Below are positions 35,838 to 49,749 of a stretch of 64,000 nucleotides of DNA, one piece after another (within the stretch, counting starts at the first letter, position 1; each line of letters begins with the position of its first letter). The position numbers and the translations under genes are program-made. This DNA is from Macrostomum hystrix (taxonomy: Eukaryota; Animalia; Platyhelminthes), in assembly GCA_950097015.1 (NCBI GenBank), contig CATNEN010000010.1, forward strand, positions 2,542,001 through 2,606,000, in the 5' to 3' direction. The notes below the pieces were generated by a model that saw only the letters and a program-made list of their open reading frames with translations, searched no databases and had not been told where the DNA came from.

Positions 35838-37035
35838 GTCGGTTTGGAACGAATCGAACTGGAGCTTTTGATACTGAGTAAAAAATTGCGATTTTTGTCC
35901 CACAATGACAGAGCAACACACACAGGTGTTTAACATAAATGCGAACCCGAAACCTAACTTTACTGAACCTGGGGTTCACTTTGCAATGTCGTGTTAGTTT
36001 GAATGTTCATTTAAATCGATCATGTGATGCTCAGAAGTTTATACACACGCACAATGTTACTGCGACTCCATCAGTTAAAAGTGTCAAATTCCGGAAGTGG
36101 AGGAAGCCTTATCCACCTGCCAAGCACAACAATCAAGGGCACTCAATGCAGCAGGTATGCAACTGCTTGCTGCCCTATTTTACCTTATGGCTTTGTGTAT
36201 TGATTAGCCAAAGTTTTATGCAGTCCAGAGTTACAGGGTTGTGACCTGCTGTTTCTGTGCAGCCTGTGCTGTTTACTCAGCCTGCACAGCACTGCTGACT
36301 TTAAAGTTCAAACTGAAACAAGGAAAGACTAAACTAATGACTGTTTCAGCACGAACAGTGACTGTCTTAACATTCCGTAAATTGTACTATCGACCTAAAC
36401 TTAATCTCTAATCAAACTATACAATATCCCTAATATCTGTCCCTCCGCTGTTTAAAGTTCCATTGCTGCTGATCAGGTGTGAAAATTTGTTTTTTTTTCG
36501 AAGTCAGCAATGCTTTGACGGATACGCTTGAAGATTATGGACCACCATCTCATCTAAAGGCAGAGTACTGAGTACATTCGAAAGGTCTATATTGTTTACT
36601 GTGAGGATATTGTAGTACAAGTAGTGCTTAAAAACCTGTATGAGAAATAAAAAAAAATGTGTACCCAGTGGCAATAATTGTAATTTTCTCTCATCGTCTG
36701 ACTGACTCCGGTTAAGCCATAAGTCACATTTCTTCATTAAAGGCTCGTTTAAACTGGCATCCATGACGTTTGAATGAATAGTCACAAAATTAAAGAATTG
36801 GACTCTTACAGTCATAGAATGATTGCGGTGTAAACGAGCCTTCAAAACAGTAGAAAGACACGGTGGTAGAAAGACACAAGAAGAGTAGAAAGACACAAAA
36901 TCTGTGCGGACAAGAGCATGCACTGTGCCACATTGTGTCAGTATTGAGCAGGATTTCTTGGCCGAGCATTCTTTGCATGCGGCCCATAAAAATACGACTT
37001 TTGTATATTTAGAAACCAGTAAGTAAAACCGGAGA

Positions 37036-37345
37036 GGTTTCTGTGCAGCCAGTGGGGTTTCTGTGCAGCCAGTGGGGTTTCTGTGCAGCCAGTGGGGTTT
37101 CTGTGCAGCCACTGCAGGGTTTCTGTGCAGCCAGTGGGGTTTCTGTGCAGCCAGTGGGGTTTCTTTCCAGCCAGTGGAGCTTCTGTGCAGCCAGTGGGGT
37201 TTCTGTGCAGCCAGTGGGGTTTCTGTCCAGCCAGTGGGGTTTCTGTGAAGCCACTGCAGGTTTCTGTCCAGCCAGTGGGGATTCTGTCCAGCCAGTGGGG
37301 TGGCTGTCCAGCCAGTCGGGTTTCTGTCCAGCCAGTGGGGTGGTT
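37036..37345. repeat. 20-bp tandem repeat (TTCTGTGCAGCCAGTGGGGT)
   Basis: About 15 copies between two convergent gene ends. Confidence 0.93.
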
Positions 37346-37824
37346 GTCGAGGCCGTATCATTGTTTTTATACTAGTTGCGTAAGCTAGTAAACTCCAAGA
37401 AACCGGTTTTTCAGTACTATTGAGTATGCAAAGCAATAGAAAACATTGAGTTAGAGCTTCGTAATTCTAACCAAGAGGTCGGAAGTTCGAATGTCAGCCA
37501 TAGGGAGACCACTTGTATCCTCAAGTACGGCCAGTTAATTTGTTGTTGTTGTTATTGTTTCTAAAATGCATTGCTTAGCAATGACCGCAGCGCCATTATT
37601 AGCCAAATTGACCAACAACCGAGTTCGCTGTTTGATTTGAGAATGAATCGACTATACGTTTCTAGCGCAAGTCTTAATCAGAACCATAAGCTATTTTCCT
37701 AGAATATAGCTTTGCATAAGCTAATGGTCATGAGGACTGCACGGAGATGTCTTCACAATTTTGTCTTGAAAAATTGCCTCCTTGCCGGATGCTCTAGGTC
37801 GACCTTCACACAATGCGCCTTGTC

Positions 37825-40800
37825 TCAGAAGCACGGCAGCTCCAGCGGCTCGCGGCCACACACGCGAGTCCAGCAAAGCTCCAGCAGCAGCAGAGCGAAG
37901 CCGGCTGCGTAAAAGCCGAGGGTCACAATCAGGATGCCGCCGACTCCCTCGATCGAGATCGGATCTCCCTCGGCCGTGACTCCGCTCTGACACTCCGCTG
38001 GCTTCTCCACATTGTAGTACTTGTCCGTCCAGCGCTGCAGCACACCCGACTGCTTCAGCTCCTGCATGCTGCGATGGGGGCGGATGTAGTTTTTCAGCGT
38101 GAACTCGCCAGACCAGGTGGATCATCAGTGCTATCTCACTCACTAAAAGTCCAGCAGCTCTCCGAAGTCAGCACTCCTGGCGTAGAAGAATGAGGCTGTG
38201 GTGGCTGCGAACTTCTCCTCGAGCATGTAGGCCTGGGAGCAGTTCACGCTGGCTGAGTACTGCAGCGTCAGGTAGTCCGTGATGCAGGCAGCATTGTCGT
38301 TGAACACCTGCAAATTAAGTGGAATAAGAGCAGTTTTCCGGAACGCCACTTCCGGTCTGGTTTCAGCCGCCTTCCAAAAGAGAGCCTTAAGTGTAAGAAT
38401 GGTTGGAATGGCAGCAATGGCAGAATCCAACCGAACAACATCAGCACTGACCATGCTGCGGCACTCCTGCTCACGCTCCACCGTGACCATACGGGCCGCC
38501 ATTCGCCTGAAGATGCCGACGTCGGAACTGGTGAACAAAGTCCACTGGCTCGTCCCCGCTGTCACCACCGGCTTCACTCTCGATTGGCTCACTAGATCAT
38601 CCAGTGTTCTGATTGGTCGCACAGTGGTGGACACGGCAAGGGTGGAGGCGAGGTCAGCTGAAATAAGGTGTTTCGTGGAATGGCTCTCGATCAAACTGAT
38701 GCACACACAGCGCATCTAGGAGGCACTTTCGAGGTGCTGAAACTTTTTAACTAGCTTGACGAAACGAAGATCAGTGCTCGATGGAAGCTAGATTTTAACA
38801 TGAAAACATTAAACATTAAAAATATTTATGAAAAGCAGCTTTTGAAAACGAAGGATTGGGGTTGCCGGATGAGGACCGCTCGATCACCTGTGTAGCTGCC
38901 CATAATCACAACGCCGAACATCCACCAGAAGGCGATGAGAGTCCTCGGGCTGACTGCGAACGGGTAGAAGTCTTGGCCCTGCTGCAGAAGACTGCCGATG
39001 AAGGACCAGACGTACTCCTTGTAGGACACCTCGTCCACGACGGCGTAATCATATCCCAGGTTCCACAGGCTGAACGGTGTGAAGTAGGCCATGAGCCAGG
39101 CAGTTGACGAGCCCATGAGTAGCGCCGTCAGGAGCAGAAGCCACACCTGGATGCTGAATGGGCTGACGAAGTTCCACAGCTTGCCATTCGCTGGTGGCAT
39201 TGGCAGCAAAGCGCTGCTGATGTCTTCGAATAGAGGCACGGTGAACTGGACGGCCTCCGAGCGGGCGGAATTCTGTAAGCAAGAGGCAGACAGCGACTTG
39301 AAAGCCCAGTCTAAGCATAAATGCTTACGTGCGAGCTCCACTACTTGCAGTAGGCAAGGTGTTTTCCTAATACGCTCGGGATTTACCGTGTTGTTGTGAA
39401 GCGGCGACTCGCCAGAAAATGCGGACAATTTTTAAGGCTTAACTCGTATTCTAAATAAAATCCTTTATTAATCTCAGTGACCAGTTTCCTCAATCATTTC
39501 ACTCGATTTATTGATCGCGAATTTTCATGCTCGAATTCATCTTGAAAAAAGGATTAGGACTAAAAGATAGAAAACCGGAATGCTTGAACTGAACTCATGT
39601 GAGTTGAATTTTGAGCTCAAATCTCGTGTTCGAATTTAATAATCGTTTTTAGAACTCGAGTAGATTCAAATGAGCAGCTGAATCTGCCGCGAGCATTAAT
39701 AGCGCGAATATTGATTAATTTATGGAATATGAAAAATGCGTCAGTTTGCCGAATTCCAAGATAGGAAATGTGGCTCGTGTTCTTTTAGAATCACAAACGA
39801 GCCATTAAAGCTGTTTTTATAATTTAGCTCTTCCATTTCACGAGTAGGATAAAATAGCAGGACGAACTACCGGGTCGCAGCCACTATCACTGAGTGAAGG
39901 CCGGTAATTTTTAGTCATTTCCTTATTGTTCGTTCCTAGCTTCCGATTCTCAGCTGCATAAATATTTGGCACAGGTAGAACTGAACTCATCTGGTACACA
40001 CCTGGGTGAACACGTTGGCCCCAATGTCAGCGATCTGCAATTGCGATGTTTGTGACTCCGCTTATCGTGGCGACTCTTCGCTGCAGTAAGCGATGCTCAG
40101 AGTAGTCGGATGGAAGGCCTACTCAGCCTACTCACTTACCCCTCGCTGTACCTCCCCCACGCAGCCGGTGAGGATGGCGCTTCCTGCGACCGGAGCTCCC
40201 CACTGGCCGTCGAATGAGTTCTTCACCGTGTACCTGGGGCATTGGGATCGGGAATCACGAGGCAAAGTGTAGGGACCACAAAAAACAGTCAGCGAAGATG
40301 AGCAATGCTGCCTGTCATCATAATGACAGGATGATAGACTACTTAATTGCTGTAGATTCCTGAGTAAAATCTACGACTCCTTAGCAGAAATTGATGACAA
40401 TTTATTTGGTAATAAACTCACCTGAACTCCATTCGACTGCTCAGGTAGTCCATCACCTCCACAATCATGCCGCTAACCTCAACCGATGAGTTAGGATACT
40501 CGCGCTCGTACTTTGCAAACGGTGGATACTGCAAAAAGTACAGAACGTTACTTTTCGTCATCCCAAAAGAAAAAATAAAAAACCTATTTTGTCCCGACGT
40601 CAAAGCCGGTCGATTGAAAGCAATTTTTTGAGCAGGAAAATCCTAGCGCGTTAATCGTGTTTCAGGCTTCGCACCTTTAGCATGTAAGCTGCTCAAAATG
40701 CGAGCAGGACACTGAAGAAACCCATACTGTGTTCTGTTTATGCTTTATGCAGCATTGAGTTAATGATTTTATTTTCTATAATTGTGATAAAATCCTAAAA

Positions 40801-43641
40801 ATCTATGATTTTTGTCTGTTTGTAACGCTGTACAGATTTAGTGCCTTGTTCTCAAGAGTACATAGCATGCCTAGCATTAAGGGACGTCGTAAATTTCCAT
40901 TTCTAGAAATCTACTCTTAGATTCACAAAGCTGTACCGTCGAACATCAACGAGTTTCGACGATGGTGTGATCAGCTTCTTGGACACCTCAGTTACACAAC
41001 AAAAACATCCAACCTCAGGTGAGAAGATAATCAGTGTCCGGTTGCTGAGTCCTAGAAACTTGTTTGGAAACAGCCGCTTTCGATCCTTCACAGTCAACAG
41101 CGGCACCAGACGCTCCTCCTTGATGTCAAAGTGGGCCGTCAGCGTCAGGTCTGTCGGGCCGCCAAGGTCGCTGGTGCGGGTGGCCAGCAGGTCTAGGCCG
41201 GATGCGTTGAAGCTGCGGTCCGTGGCGCTGAATGCGATGGGACCGAGTTCCGTGACGTAGCTCGAGATCTGTGATTTAGCGCCAGCTTCGAGCTCATAAT
41301 AAATAGAGGATAAATTCTACACTTCTCAGGTGCGTAATCGTGTCCTCACCGAGAGCAGGTCCTCCGTAACCCGACGAGCTAAGGTCGGTCGGTCGCTGGC
41401 CGCCACTCGGGACTTATTCAGGGCCAAAGCGAGCGACTCCACTGCTTGGGCGAATCTCAGCTGCAGGGCCTAAGAGAAATGAAAAGCGAGTGCAGAGTTC
41501 TCGAAGCGAAGCGAAAGAGGCGTAAAAATTATTTGGTTTTCTCTTGAATACTTCAATAACCAACTGTTCTGTCAACCGAACAGCTGCCTTTGCAAGTACC
41601 GTTGCCAAATCGCACTCTAATGTGCCCAGAAGCCCTGCCAGTGCCATCGGACAGCTGCCGCTCGACATTGCCGACTGCCGCCAAGCCTCACCCAGCAGAG
41701 CCACGTTGGCGAAGGCGGGTAGCAGTGAGGTTGCTGAGGTCGCCAACCATCCAGCCAGCTGTCCTCCTGGATCGCCGACCGTCCAGAAGCGAGTCTGGCT
41801 CAGCTGGCCGCTGCTGCTGGCAGAGGCGAGCAGCTTCAGCGCCACAGCAGGACGAGCCAACAAGATCACGTGACGATGCCGCTGAATCAGCAAAGCGAAA
41901 TGACTCAAAGTCCTGTTCTCGATTGGGGAGTCAAGGCGTACGGACAGGACTGAGCAGTTGGCCGCGGATAGAGAGTCTTGCAGCTGCTCGATGAGTCCGA
42001 AGTCTGCTTTGGGTAACGCAAGTGATCCAATGTCAGATGCATTCAGGAATGGAAAAAGAGCAAATAATATATTTTGTTACCTTGGTGACTGTCGCTAAGG
42101 ACTAGAGCGCTCTCAGCTCCAGAGTGCTGCATCATTGCAGCTATCGCAGACACATAGTGACGGCGAGCGTGCGACAGTAGTACAGTGAAATCTGCAGATG
42201 GTGTCGGAAGCACGTTGAGCTAAAGGTGGAGAAAGTTCACATGACGGAAACTCACTTCCGAAGCTCGAAGCATCGCACAGCTCTGTGGGCACCACCAGGA
42301 GTGGCAGCTCCAGCGACGAAGACAGTCGGTCGAACTCCGAGATCGAGCTGCAGCTGCTCACCAGGATGATGCCATGTAGCGATTCGGCCGCTGGGCCTGC
42401 TACATGAAGTACTGCCGTGAGATAGGCCGAGTTCATTTGTTTTGGTGGGAGGAAAGAAGTCGGAAAGTTGTTTATTGCGAGTTGTTTGATTAAGTACGAG
42501 TTTGATACTTGTACTAAATACTGCGTAACAATTGTTCGTAAAACTGCGTTCCATGATTGTTGGGGCTTGCTGTTACACTCTACTTCAGTAAGCCAAGATT
42601 TTTCCGAACAATGAAACCTTGTTTCAACACTCTGAAAACGCATAAAGTTGCATGCCTCTGAAAATGGCATCGCCCAAAAAGCTTAAAGCTTAAGAATTTG
42701 ATACTGATAGCAGTTGTTACATTCTCATAACTGTTGAGATGTCCACTTTCCCATGAAACTGTACGGTGTCAAGCGGTATTGCTGAGTCAATTCAAACGCT
42801 CATCTTTAACGTCGAAAGCGGCTCTGTAACGGTTTTAGCGCCTCTCGAACGAGTCGTTAAAGCGTCGTTCGAGACACGTGTCACTCGTTTTAGAGGCGCA
42901 ATCGAGTACCTAATTTAAAACTATTAAAACAACTTTAAACAACGCATCGTTCTCGGCTATATAATCCGTGATGAAAACGAAATCGGTATCTAAAGTCGTT
43001 CTAAAAAACGTTTGAGTCACTTCGGAATCTATAAAAAGCCATTGAAAACGACGCTAAAGCGCCTGCGAGCGAAATATTCGATGAAAGAGGCACTTTTTGG
43101 CTGCTTTGAAACGTTCTCAATTGCGTCTCGAACGGCGCTATATGATAAACATTTAAAGAGACGCTTACAAAGTCGCTCGCTTGCGACGTTGCGAGCGTAG
43201 GGAAGCTTTCGATAGTCGTACTTGAACAAATTAAACAAGACACCAGAATTGTTCTCATCCGATAAACTTCCGAGTTATTGATAAACAATCTAGAGCACCT
43301 ATTATGACGTTATGTCATCGTAGGACTTTATTTTCGTCCCTCAGCTCCGCACTGAAGATCACAGCCAGTGGTCACTTACCTCGCTGCACCGCTTGAATCG
43401 GACGTTCCGAGGGGAAGCGAAACTCAACGAACAACAGTTTGTCCTCGGGTAGCAGTCTCCAGTTGTGGGCCACCCTCTGGCTGAACACCCTGTACACAAA
43501 GTCCGTCTGGATGGTCGGAATGTCTTCCTGCGTCTCTTCAATGACCACGACGGTCAGGAAGTGAAATGCGGAAGTATCTGCAACCCTGGAAAGCAGCAGT
43601 AGTAGCAGCAGCCTCCTCAGGAGTGATACTATTGCAACCAT
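37825..43641 (-). CDS. Divergent ionotropic glutamate receptor / IR-like channel, ~858 aa, 13 exons: 43641-43380, 42399-42256, 42191-42081, 42003-41552, 41469-41350, 41268-41014, 40528-40422, 40233-40140, 40034-40002, 39272-38888, 38657-38452, 38307-38144, 38068-37825
   Basis: The order is signal peptide, ATD-like region, S1 (YPPF...SGMIVEVMDYLSSRMEFRY...DGQWG...GEVQRG.ADIG...RSEAVQFTVP), M1, pore (WSFIGSLLQQG), M3 (WWMFGVVIMGSYTADLASTL), S2 (IRTLDDL...; ELKQSGVLQRWTDKYY) and M4. All 12 introns are GT-AG with consistent phase. Exons 2-5 are the least certain. Confidence 0.9.
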
Positions 43642-45854
43642 CTCTTTTTAATTGCGATTGGTCCTTGCTTTAAATTCTGTGGCTTCTTATTTTTACGTCC
43701 TTTGTGTTACGTTTAACACGAGTAGTTAAATGGCAGGTATTATGGTCAGTAGAAAATTCTCCTTTTCACTTTTTTGTTGGCTTCAAGCATCTGCCCTATC
43801 GTGAACTAAATTTCATAAACTGAAAAATGCTTCGCATGCTCATTTCTTATAAACTGTAAGATGCTTCTGATTGGTTGCGTTCGTTCACCAACCGAAAATG
43901 TTGGACGAATGACCAACGCAATGCCTTCCAGGTATATGTTCAGGGACTATTGGGATAAACTAAGCACATTGACATTTTTTTACTTTTTTCTATACTACCT
44001 GCATATTGAGTACACTTCAAGATTTCAGCATTGTTCCAATCGTGCGTGGGATGCTCGTATCTGAATGAGTCGGACGGTTTTCATGTTGCTGTGCGGTTGT
44101 GCTGCTAAGTAGAGTTTCTGGGGTGACTTGGCTTTGAATGCTGTTGACGTTTTTTTGGCGTCCGTATAGGCGCTACTCTTGGAATTGAGAGGATTTTCAA
44201 AGGTCAGTTAATATTGCAATAGTGCTGCATTGGATTGTGCCTGGAATCTAGAAAAAACCTGTCGAGTAGAAGGGTACGGAGTGTGGAAAGCGCACGGAAT
44301 TGCAGTTTGCAATTCCATAATTTAATTTGTCTATTTTTTGCGAAGCCTTCATAAGTCCCTATAAAATTCAAGTGCATGTGAGCTCATCAATAAAAAGTTA
44401 TATTGAAATTTGCCCAACTTTTCTCTGCCGAATTCGGTCAGTTAACATCATTATGCAGAACTGAAAATGTATGCAACTACCTCCCAGCTGTTCGTACTCG
44501 CCTATGCGGGCTTCCCATGAAACGAGTAAGGCTTCCTGAACCCGCGGGAGCAGGATCGCAGCCGGCTCCCGGACAGGTCCAGATCCGGCGGCTCAGATCT
44601 CACCATCTCTGGCATCAATGTCCAAGGACATTAAGACGATGAATGACTAACAAGCACCTGGAGGATGAACCAACAATCAGGTCACAAGTCAACAATGGCC
44701 GTGGTCCGGTCTCTCACTTGTTCAGCCTGCAAAGAGCGACTCAGCCTAAGGCTTGCCTGAGGCGTCAAAAATATATCGAAAGTACAGGCCCATCATGGCC
44801 TATTTTAATGTTTGAAGCCGGATGAAAAAATGCAAGACGAAATAGTAGTTACTTATTGTGAAATTGATTTACTCTAACTTGGGCAGGCCGGTCTCGCGGA
44901 CGAAATTGTAGTTTTCTAATCGGGTACACACGATCGAGCATCCCGGCCCTCCACGCGGGCGAAATTGAAGTTACTAACGCCAGCCGGAGAGCCGCCATGA
45001 GGGTCGAAATTAAAGTTACTTAGTTTGAAATGGAAGTTGAAAACCAATAATAAGAAACAAACGTGGCTGCCAGTTAGTGACAAGCTTTTGCAAAACTATT
45101 TAATTAATACAATTTTTTCATTAGAAACGCAAAAGTTTAAAACAAACAATCACACGAGTAAATTTAATCAATCGTATAGAACAAAAAAGACCTTATAATA
45201 ATAAGTAATAGAGGCGGTTAAATTCTATTATTCGCTGAGTAGGATTTTTGTCTCATTTGTTTCAAAAGTTTAATTTTTGGTAAACAAAGGACCGATTTTT
45301 TATACACAACTGTATCATGGCTATAGAAAATGTCATAGCTAGCTTACGAGTAAAAAAAGCTAAGCAATGTAATCATGTAAACATTATGAGACTATTAGTA
45401 TTGTTTTATATTTTATAATTTTTTGCATGTCGAAGCTCCCAAAAGGAGTAAAATCTTTGCCCTGGCCTCTATCTTCATAAATTAAATTCATTATAGATTT
45501 TAAGATTCATACTTCATAGTCGGACCTATTTTTTCTAGCTAAATATGAATCATACGATCTGTTTATCTAGCGCAATGTTTACTTTTAAAGTCTGCTGGCA
45601 AGAGACATAGGCCCTAGCATAATTTCTTTTTAAGCTTCTAACCTCTAGAATTTAGTTTGCATTTCGAGTGTCTAAAATTAATCTTATCAAGTTATCTCTA
45701 AAAACTAGAACAGGATACTGATCATAATTATTGTATTTCTCTAATATTAATATTAACAAATAATATTACAAGTATTAGTTAACTTTTGTAATTAAAAAAG
45801 ATTCAGTATTGCTAGCTAATCTTCATTTAGAATTTTTGCAGTAAAAATGTGGGC

Positions 45855-46675
45855 GGCAATCCTGAAGATTCCTGAGTTAAATTATTTCATGCGCTTTTAT
45901 GCACATTCCAGCCACAAAATTGTGGCAGGGCAACCTCCAGCACCTAGGTCAATAGTGGATCCTCTATGATCCTCTAGTGAATAACCTGGATGCTCACACA
46001 AATATGGTTGAGGGCATGTGGGCCCACTTGCAAGGCTAAATTCCTTGCCATGCATAGGACTTTGGATGCCCTTTTTAGCACATACCTGCAAGAGTTCATG
46101 TGGCACCAGGGCCCAGGCCTTCCCTGATCAACAGTTTGGCAATATCCTGTACTGGATTGGACACTATTACCCGTGCTGTGCCAGTAGTATAACTCTGACA
46201 GACTTTGTGTTTTCTGCAATCAGTTCTTTAACTCTGCAACATCTTCATGTGCCCCATACTTATCTCCCCTAAAGTTCCATAAAAGCAAGTGAAATAAATT
46301 AATGGGGGAATCTTCAGGAAAGATTCTCACATTTATTGACTGTTGTCGGCAACAATTCTTCAGCTCCAGCAGACACTATCCACATAGTCTAGACCAGCCT
46401 ACCTTGGGAATGACATAGGCATGTTGGGGCAGTGCTCATAGTCCCTGCTGTTTCACAGAAGCCCATACTTGGCCAGTCACTGGATGCCTGTCCCACCAGT
46501 TAGTGCTATCAATTCACAATGGTTGATACTGAGTTCAGCTAGTTCAATAGTTGGTCAAACTTCTTAAGGATCCACTATTGTCCTGGGTACTGGAGGTTGC
46601 GCTGCCATGATTCCATGGCTGGAATGTGCATAAAAGTGTGTGAAATAATTTAATGCAGGAATCTTCAGGATTGCC
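45855..46675 (+). mobile_element. Decayed Merlin/ISXO2 (IS1595-family) DNA transposon remnant
   Basis: Frameshifted DAHTNMVEGMWAH/KAKFLAMH...LFSTYLQEFMW...FGNILYWIGHYY at ~45990-46170 matches the ISXO2 HTNxIExxW...YLxEFxW motif. The ends are GGCAATCCTGAAGATTCC...GGAATCTTCAGGATTGCC within an imperfect IR of about 100 bp. A second partial end copy lies at ~46291-46318. No matching TSD was seen. Confidence 0.75.
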
Positions 46676-47589
46676 AAGAGGTGAATTTTAGTTCATTTTT
46701 AAATCATTTTTGTTTAAACCAATTTTTGTTAAAGCAATTTTAAGCAATTTTGTCTTTGTATTTTAGTATACTTTTTTAATTTACTTTAGACTACAAAAGT
46801 CTATGGCAGTTATTAGACAATAAATAATGTTATACATAAAATCTAATCTTGCCTTTTATTTTACAAAATTAATTATAATACAACATATACTTGACAAAAA
46901 GTTTACTATTTTTATTTCTATATATTAACAAATCACACTTGTTTCTGAATCTAAATCTGAATAGTCTGATCTAGTACCACTAGTAGCCATTTGTTTTATA
47001 ATAAAGGCTTGTTTAGGTAATGGAAATTGTTTTCTTTGAATTAAGCTTTACTGTTCTAAATTTTACATTTTTAATATATAACTTTTGGTTCTTGAATTTC
47101 AGCTTCAATGTTGTGTATTAATATTTTTCTTAGTTTCTTAACCACAGTTTATATTTTAAATAATTGCTTTGTTTTCAATATAAAAAATTACTGAAGCATT
47201 GGTTTTACATGCATTTATTGATTAGATTAATTACCTAGGCGCATGCATGCACAATACCCAGCTTACCTGGCCATTATGGCCCCGTGAAAAAAAGCCAAGC
47301 AAAGTAAGTCATAAAAATCAACTAACCAGAGCAAAAAAATCAAAGGGGACCAAGGGACAAAGAAGAAAGCACAAATAAGAGAGAGAAAATGGAGAAAAAG
47401 ACAAGGATGTGAAAATTGGAATAAAAAAACTTGTTTTAAGACAAATAAAGCAAAAAACAAGCAATGTCACAGTTGACAAGTTGAGGGAAAACTAAGTCGC
47501 AGACAAGAGAAAACTAAGTTGCAATTGAAAAGGTGAAGTAAAACTAAGCCGCAGATAAGGGAAAACTAAGTTGCCCTAAAACTCTTCGT

Positions 47590-48050
47590 GTGTCCTATCT
47601 CAGGTTGCCTAGCCTTAGGTTCCGCCAAAAAATCTCTACCATTTGCAATACCCATTTGAAAGCTAAGGTCTCATCTAAGTTCTATACTATGAAAGTGTTG
47701 CAATATATGCAAAGACTCAAGTTCAGTGTCCCAAAAGCCTTGAGTGCAGGAGTCATCTACAAATTCTTGTGCATTGTTGAGCAATGCCAGTTTTACATAG
47801 GTAAAACTGAAAGACACCTACACACAAGGGTTAAGGAGCACTACTAGAGCTAGTGTTGTGCATGACCACCTTCTATGTGCAACCAACTGCACCAATGTTA
47901 GACACACTGAGAAATTTAAAATGATTGACCATAATCACCAGTCTATGAAGTTGTCTGCTCTTGAGGCATTGTACATTTAACAGCTCAAGCCCACCATGAA
48001 CATCCAGGTAGCTGGCAGAGGGGCGAGTGTCCATTTAAAGGTGTTCTTAC
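47590..48050 (+). mobile_element. Penelope-like retroelement remnant (GIY-YIG endonuclease)
   Basis: GVIYKFLC...FYIGKTERHLHTRVKEH, followed through stops by KLSALEALYI*QLKPTMNIQ, which is typical of the C-terminus of Penelope-like elements. Confidence 0.85.
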
Positions 48051-49749
48051 CCACGTGCTTACCTGTCAAACTAGCCACCTTCTATTTGTGCTGCATTCAC
48101 CTACTTTGCATACATTATGTGATCAGCATTCCTACTGTTCCTGGCGATGCCAATTGACTTGGCAAAACATTTTGTAATAATCTAGCTATTTGAATTGATA
48201 AAAGTAAAAAAAAGAGTGAATTTTCGTTTTTACCTTTCTTTTCTTGACCTTCTTTAAAAGAAGTACCATACCACGACTCTACTTTGCTATTAGATTTAAC
48301 AGTATAGAACCAAGAGCACCATATATTATAAGATATTTATAGAAATTGTTTGCCTGGGATAGATGTAAAAGGCTGTAAGCATAGATATGTTAAAACATTG
48401 GTGCAACCAATCAGAAAAGAGAAGGGTACAGAGCATAAGAGAATAGTTAATGTATCACATTATGTACTAAACTTATTTTCAGGCTCTCAATTACTAAATT
48501 GACAATTTCAGCAAACCATGTGTAAGACTTTAGCTTGTTAAATAAGTGTTTGCTCATTTTCTAGTCAATTGATCATATCATAGTTACAAAGTTATTAGCT
48601 TGCAGTAAGTTTCTAACCCACTGTTTTAAATTCGTTTATGTGTAGGCCTGGCAAGGTTTGTGTGTCATTTTTAAACACTAGTTATTCTTATAATCTTTCT
48701 TATATAAAAACTATATCAAGGGGGGTTTTCGACTCCTGATCTCAAACATGGCTGCACTCTTCTACACAGGCAGCAAATTTTTCTATTTGTTTTTGTCTCT
48801 CGAACTTCGATCTGGTTTCGGAGCAGTATTGATACAGCAGGGTAGGACTCATGTTCTCGAGTTGGGATTTTAAGCTAAATTTGCTACTTTTTTCCGAGCC
48901 CGTTACCCCTTCTGAAGATAATTTTTTGTTTTGAGAAGCTTCGCGACTGTTAGATTATTCTTAGTAAAAAATACCTTTAAAATCTTTAAAGAAGGCAATC
49001 GAAAGAGACTGCTATTGAAGCGAGTAACTGACTGGTTTGCATTCAAAGTCTTCCCTGACCTCATTCCCAATTTGATAGTTTCATTTTCCACACTGGCGAT
49101 TTGACTGCTAATCCATTCTAGACTATTCAGTTATTGGTTCGTGCGGACACTTTAATCCTTGCTTCCTCCGCTAGTTAGTTACTGCTTGCCCAATCCCCGT
49201 CTCACTGGGTCACCTGCCGCGACTTTTCGCTGCATCCCGTAAAACAACTGCCGCCCAGCCATCGCTTTGCTTTTCTCCGCCTTCCCATTAAAAGCGGCCT
49301 CGACCCCTTCGGTCTGCCCTCGACCCGCTGTCCCGGCCGCGCAGCACCGAATACGCGAGCAACAAATTTCGGCACCGCCCCACCCCTGTTTTCCTCCTTA
49401 TCTGCCCCCCAATTCTGTCTTTGTGTCTCTTCCCCTGTCTCTCACTCCGCCCAAAGCCCACTCCCAGCTGTCTGACCCCAAAACCTCCCCACCGCCTTCG
49501 AAAGAAGTGAAATACGAACCAAACTGTGTTCCACGTGTGTGCATCCCGCCTGTCTGTCTCTCCACTTCCCAGCCTTCAGCAGAAAGAAAGAGAACAACTA
49601 GCTGCGGCAGTTAAGCCCCTCTTTTACTAGCCCTTAATACACAGGCGACTGTAGAAAGCCTTCAAAGCTAGCCGTCCTGTCCTGTCTTGATTTCTTTCTC
49701 CAATTTTCCTATTTCCAGCTTCGATTCTAGCCGCATTGCCTCTCTCCCA

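Noticed and set aside
36504-37436. 310-aa minus-strand ORF
   Set aside because: It is half a 20-bp repeat translation and half AT-rich sequence without coding character.
37440-37530. tRNA-like B box (AAGTTCGAAT)
   Set aside because: There is no cloverleaf or good A box; at most a decayed SINE head, not a tRNA gene.
42750-43205. Possible non-autonomous DNA element in receptor intron 1 (CCCA...TAGGG, terminal hairpin CGCTCGC...GCGAGCG)
   Set aside because: The TIR match is only about 3-4 bp and there is no clear TSD. It is too weak to call.
44880-47580. Short imperfect motif clusters (CGAAATT.AAGTTACT x3 at ~44.9-45.0 kb; AAAACTAAG x4 at ~47.5 kb)
   Set aside because: They are probably subterminal repeats of decayed elements. 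No boundaries or partner ends were found.
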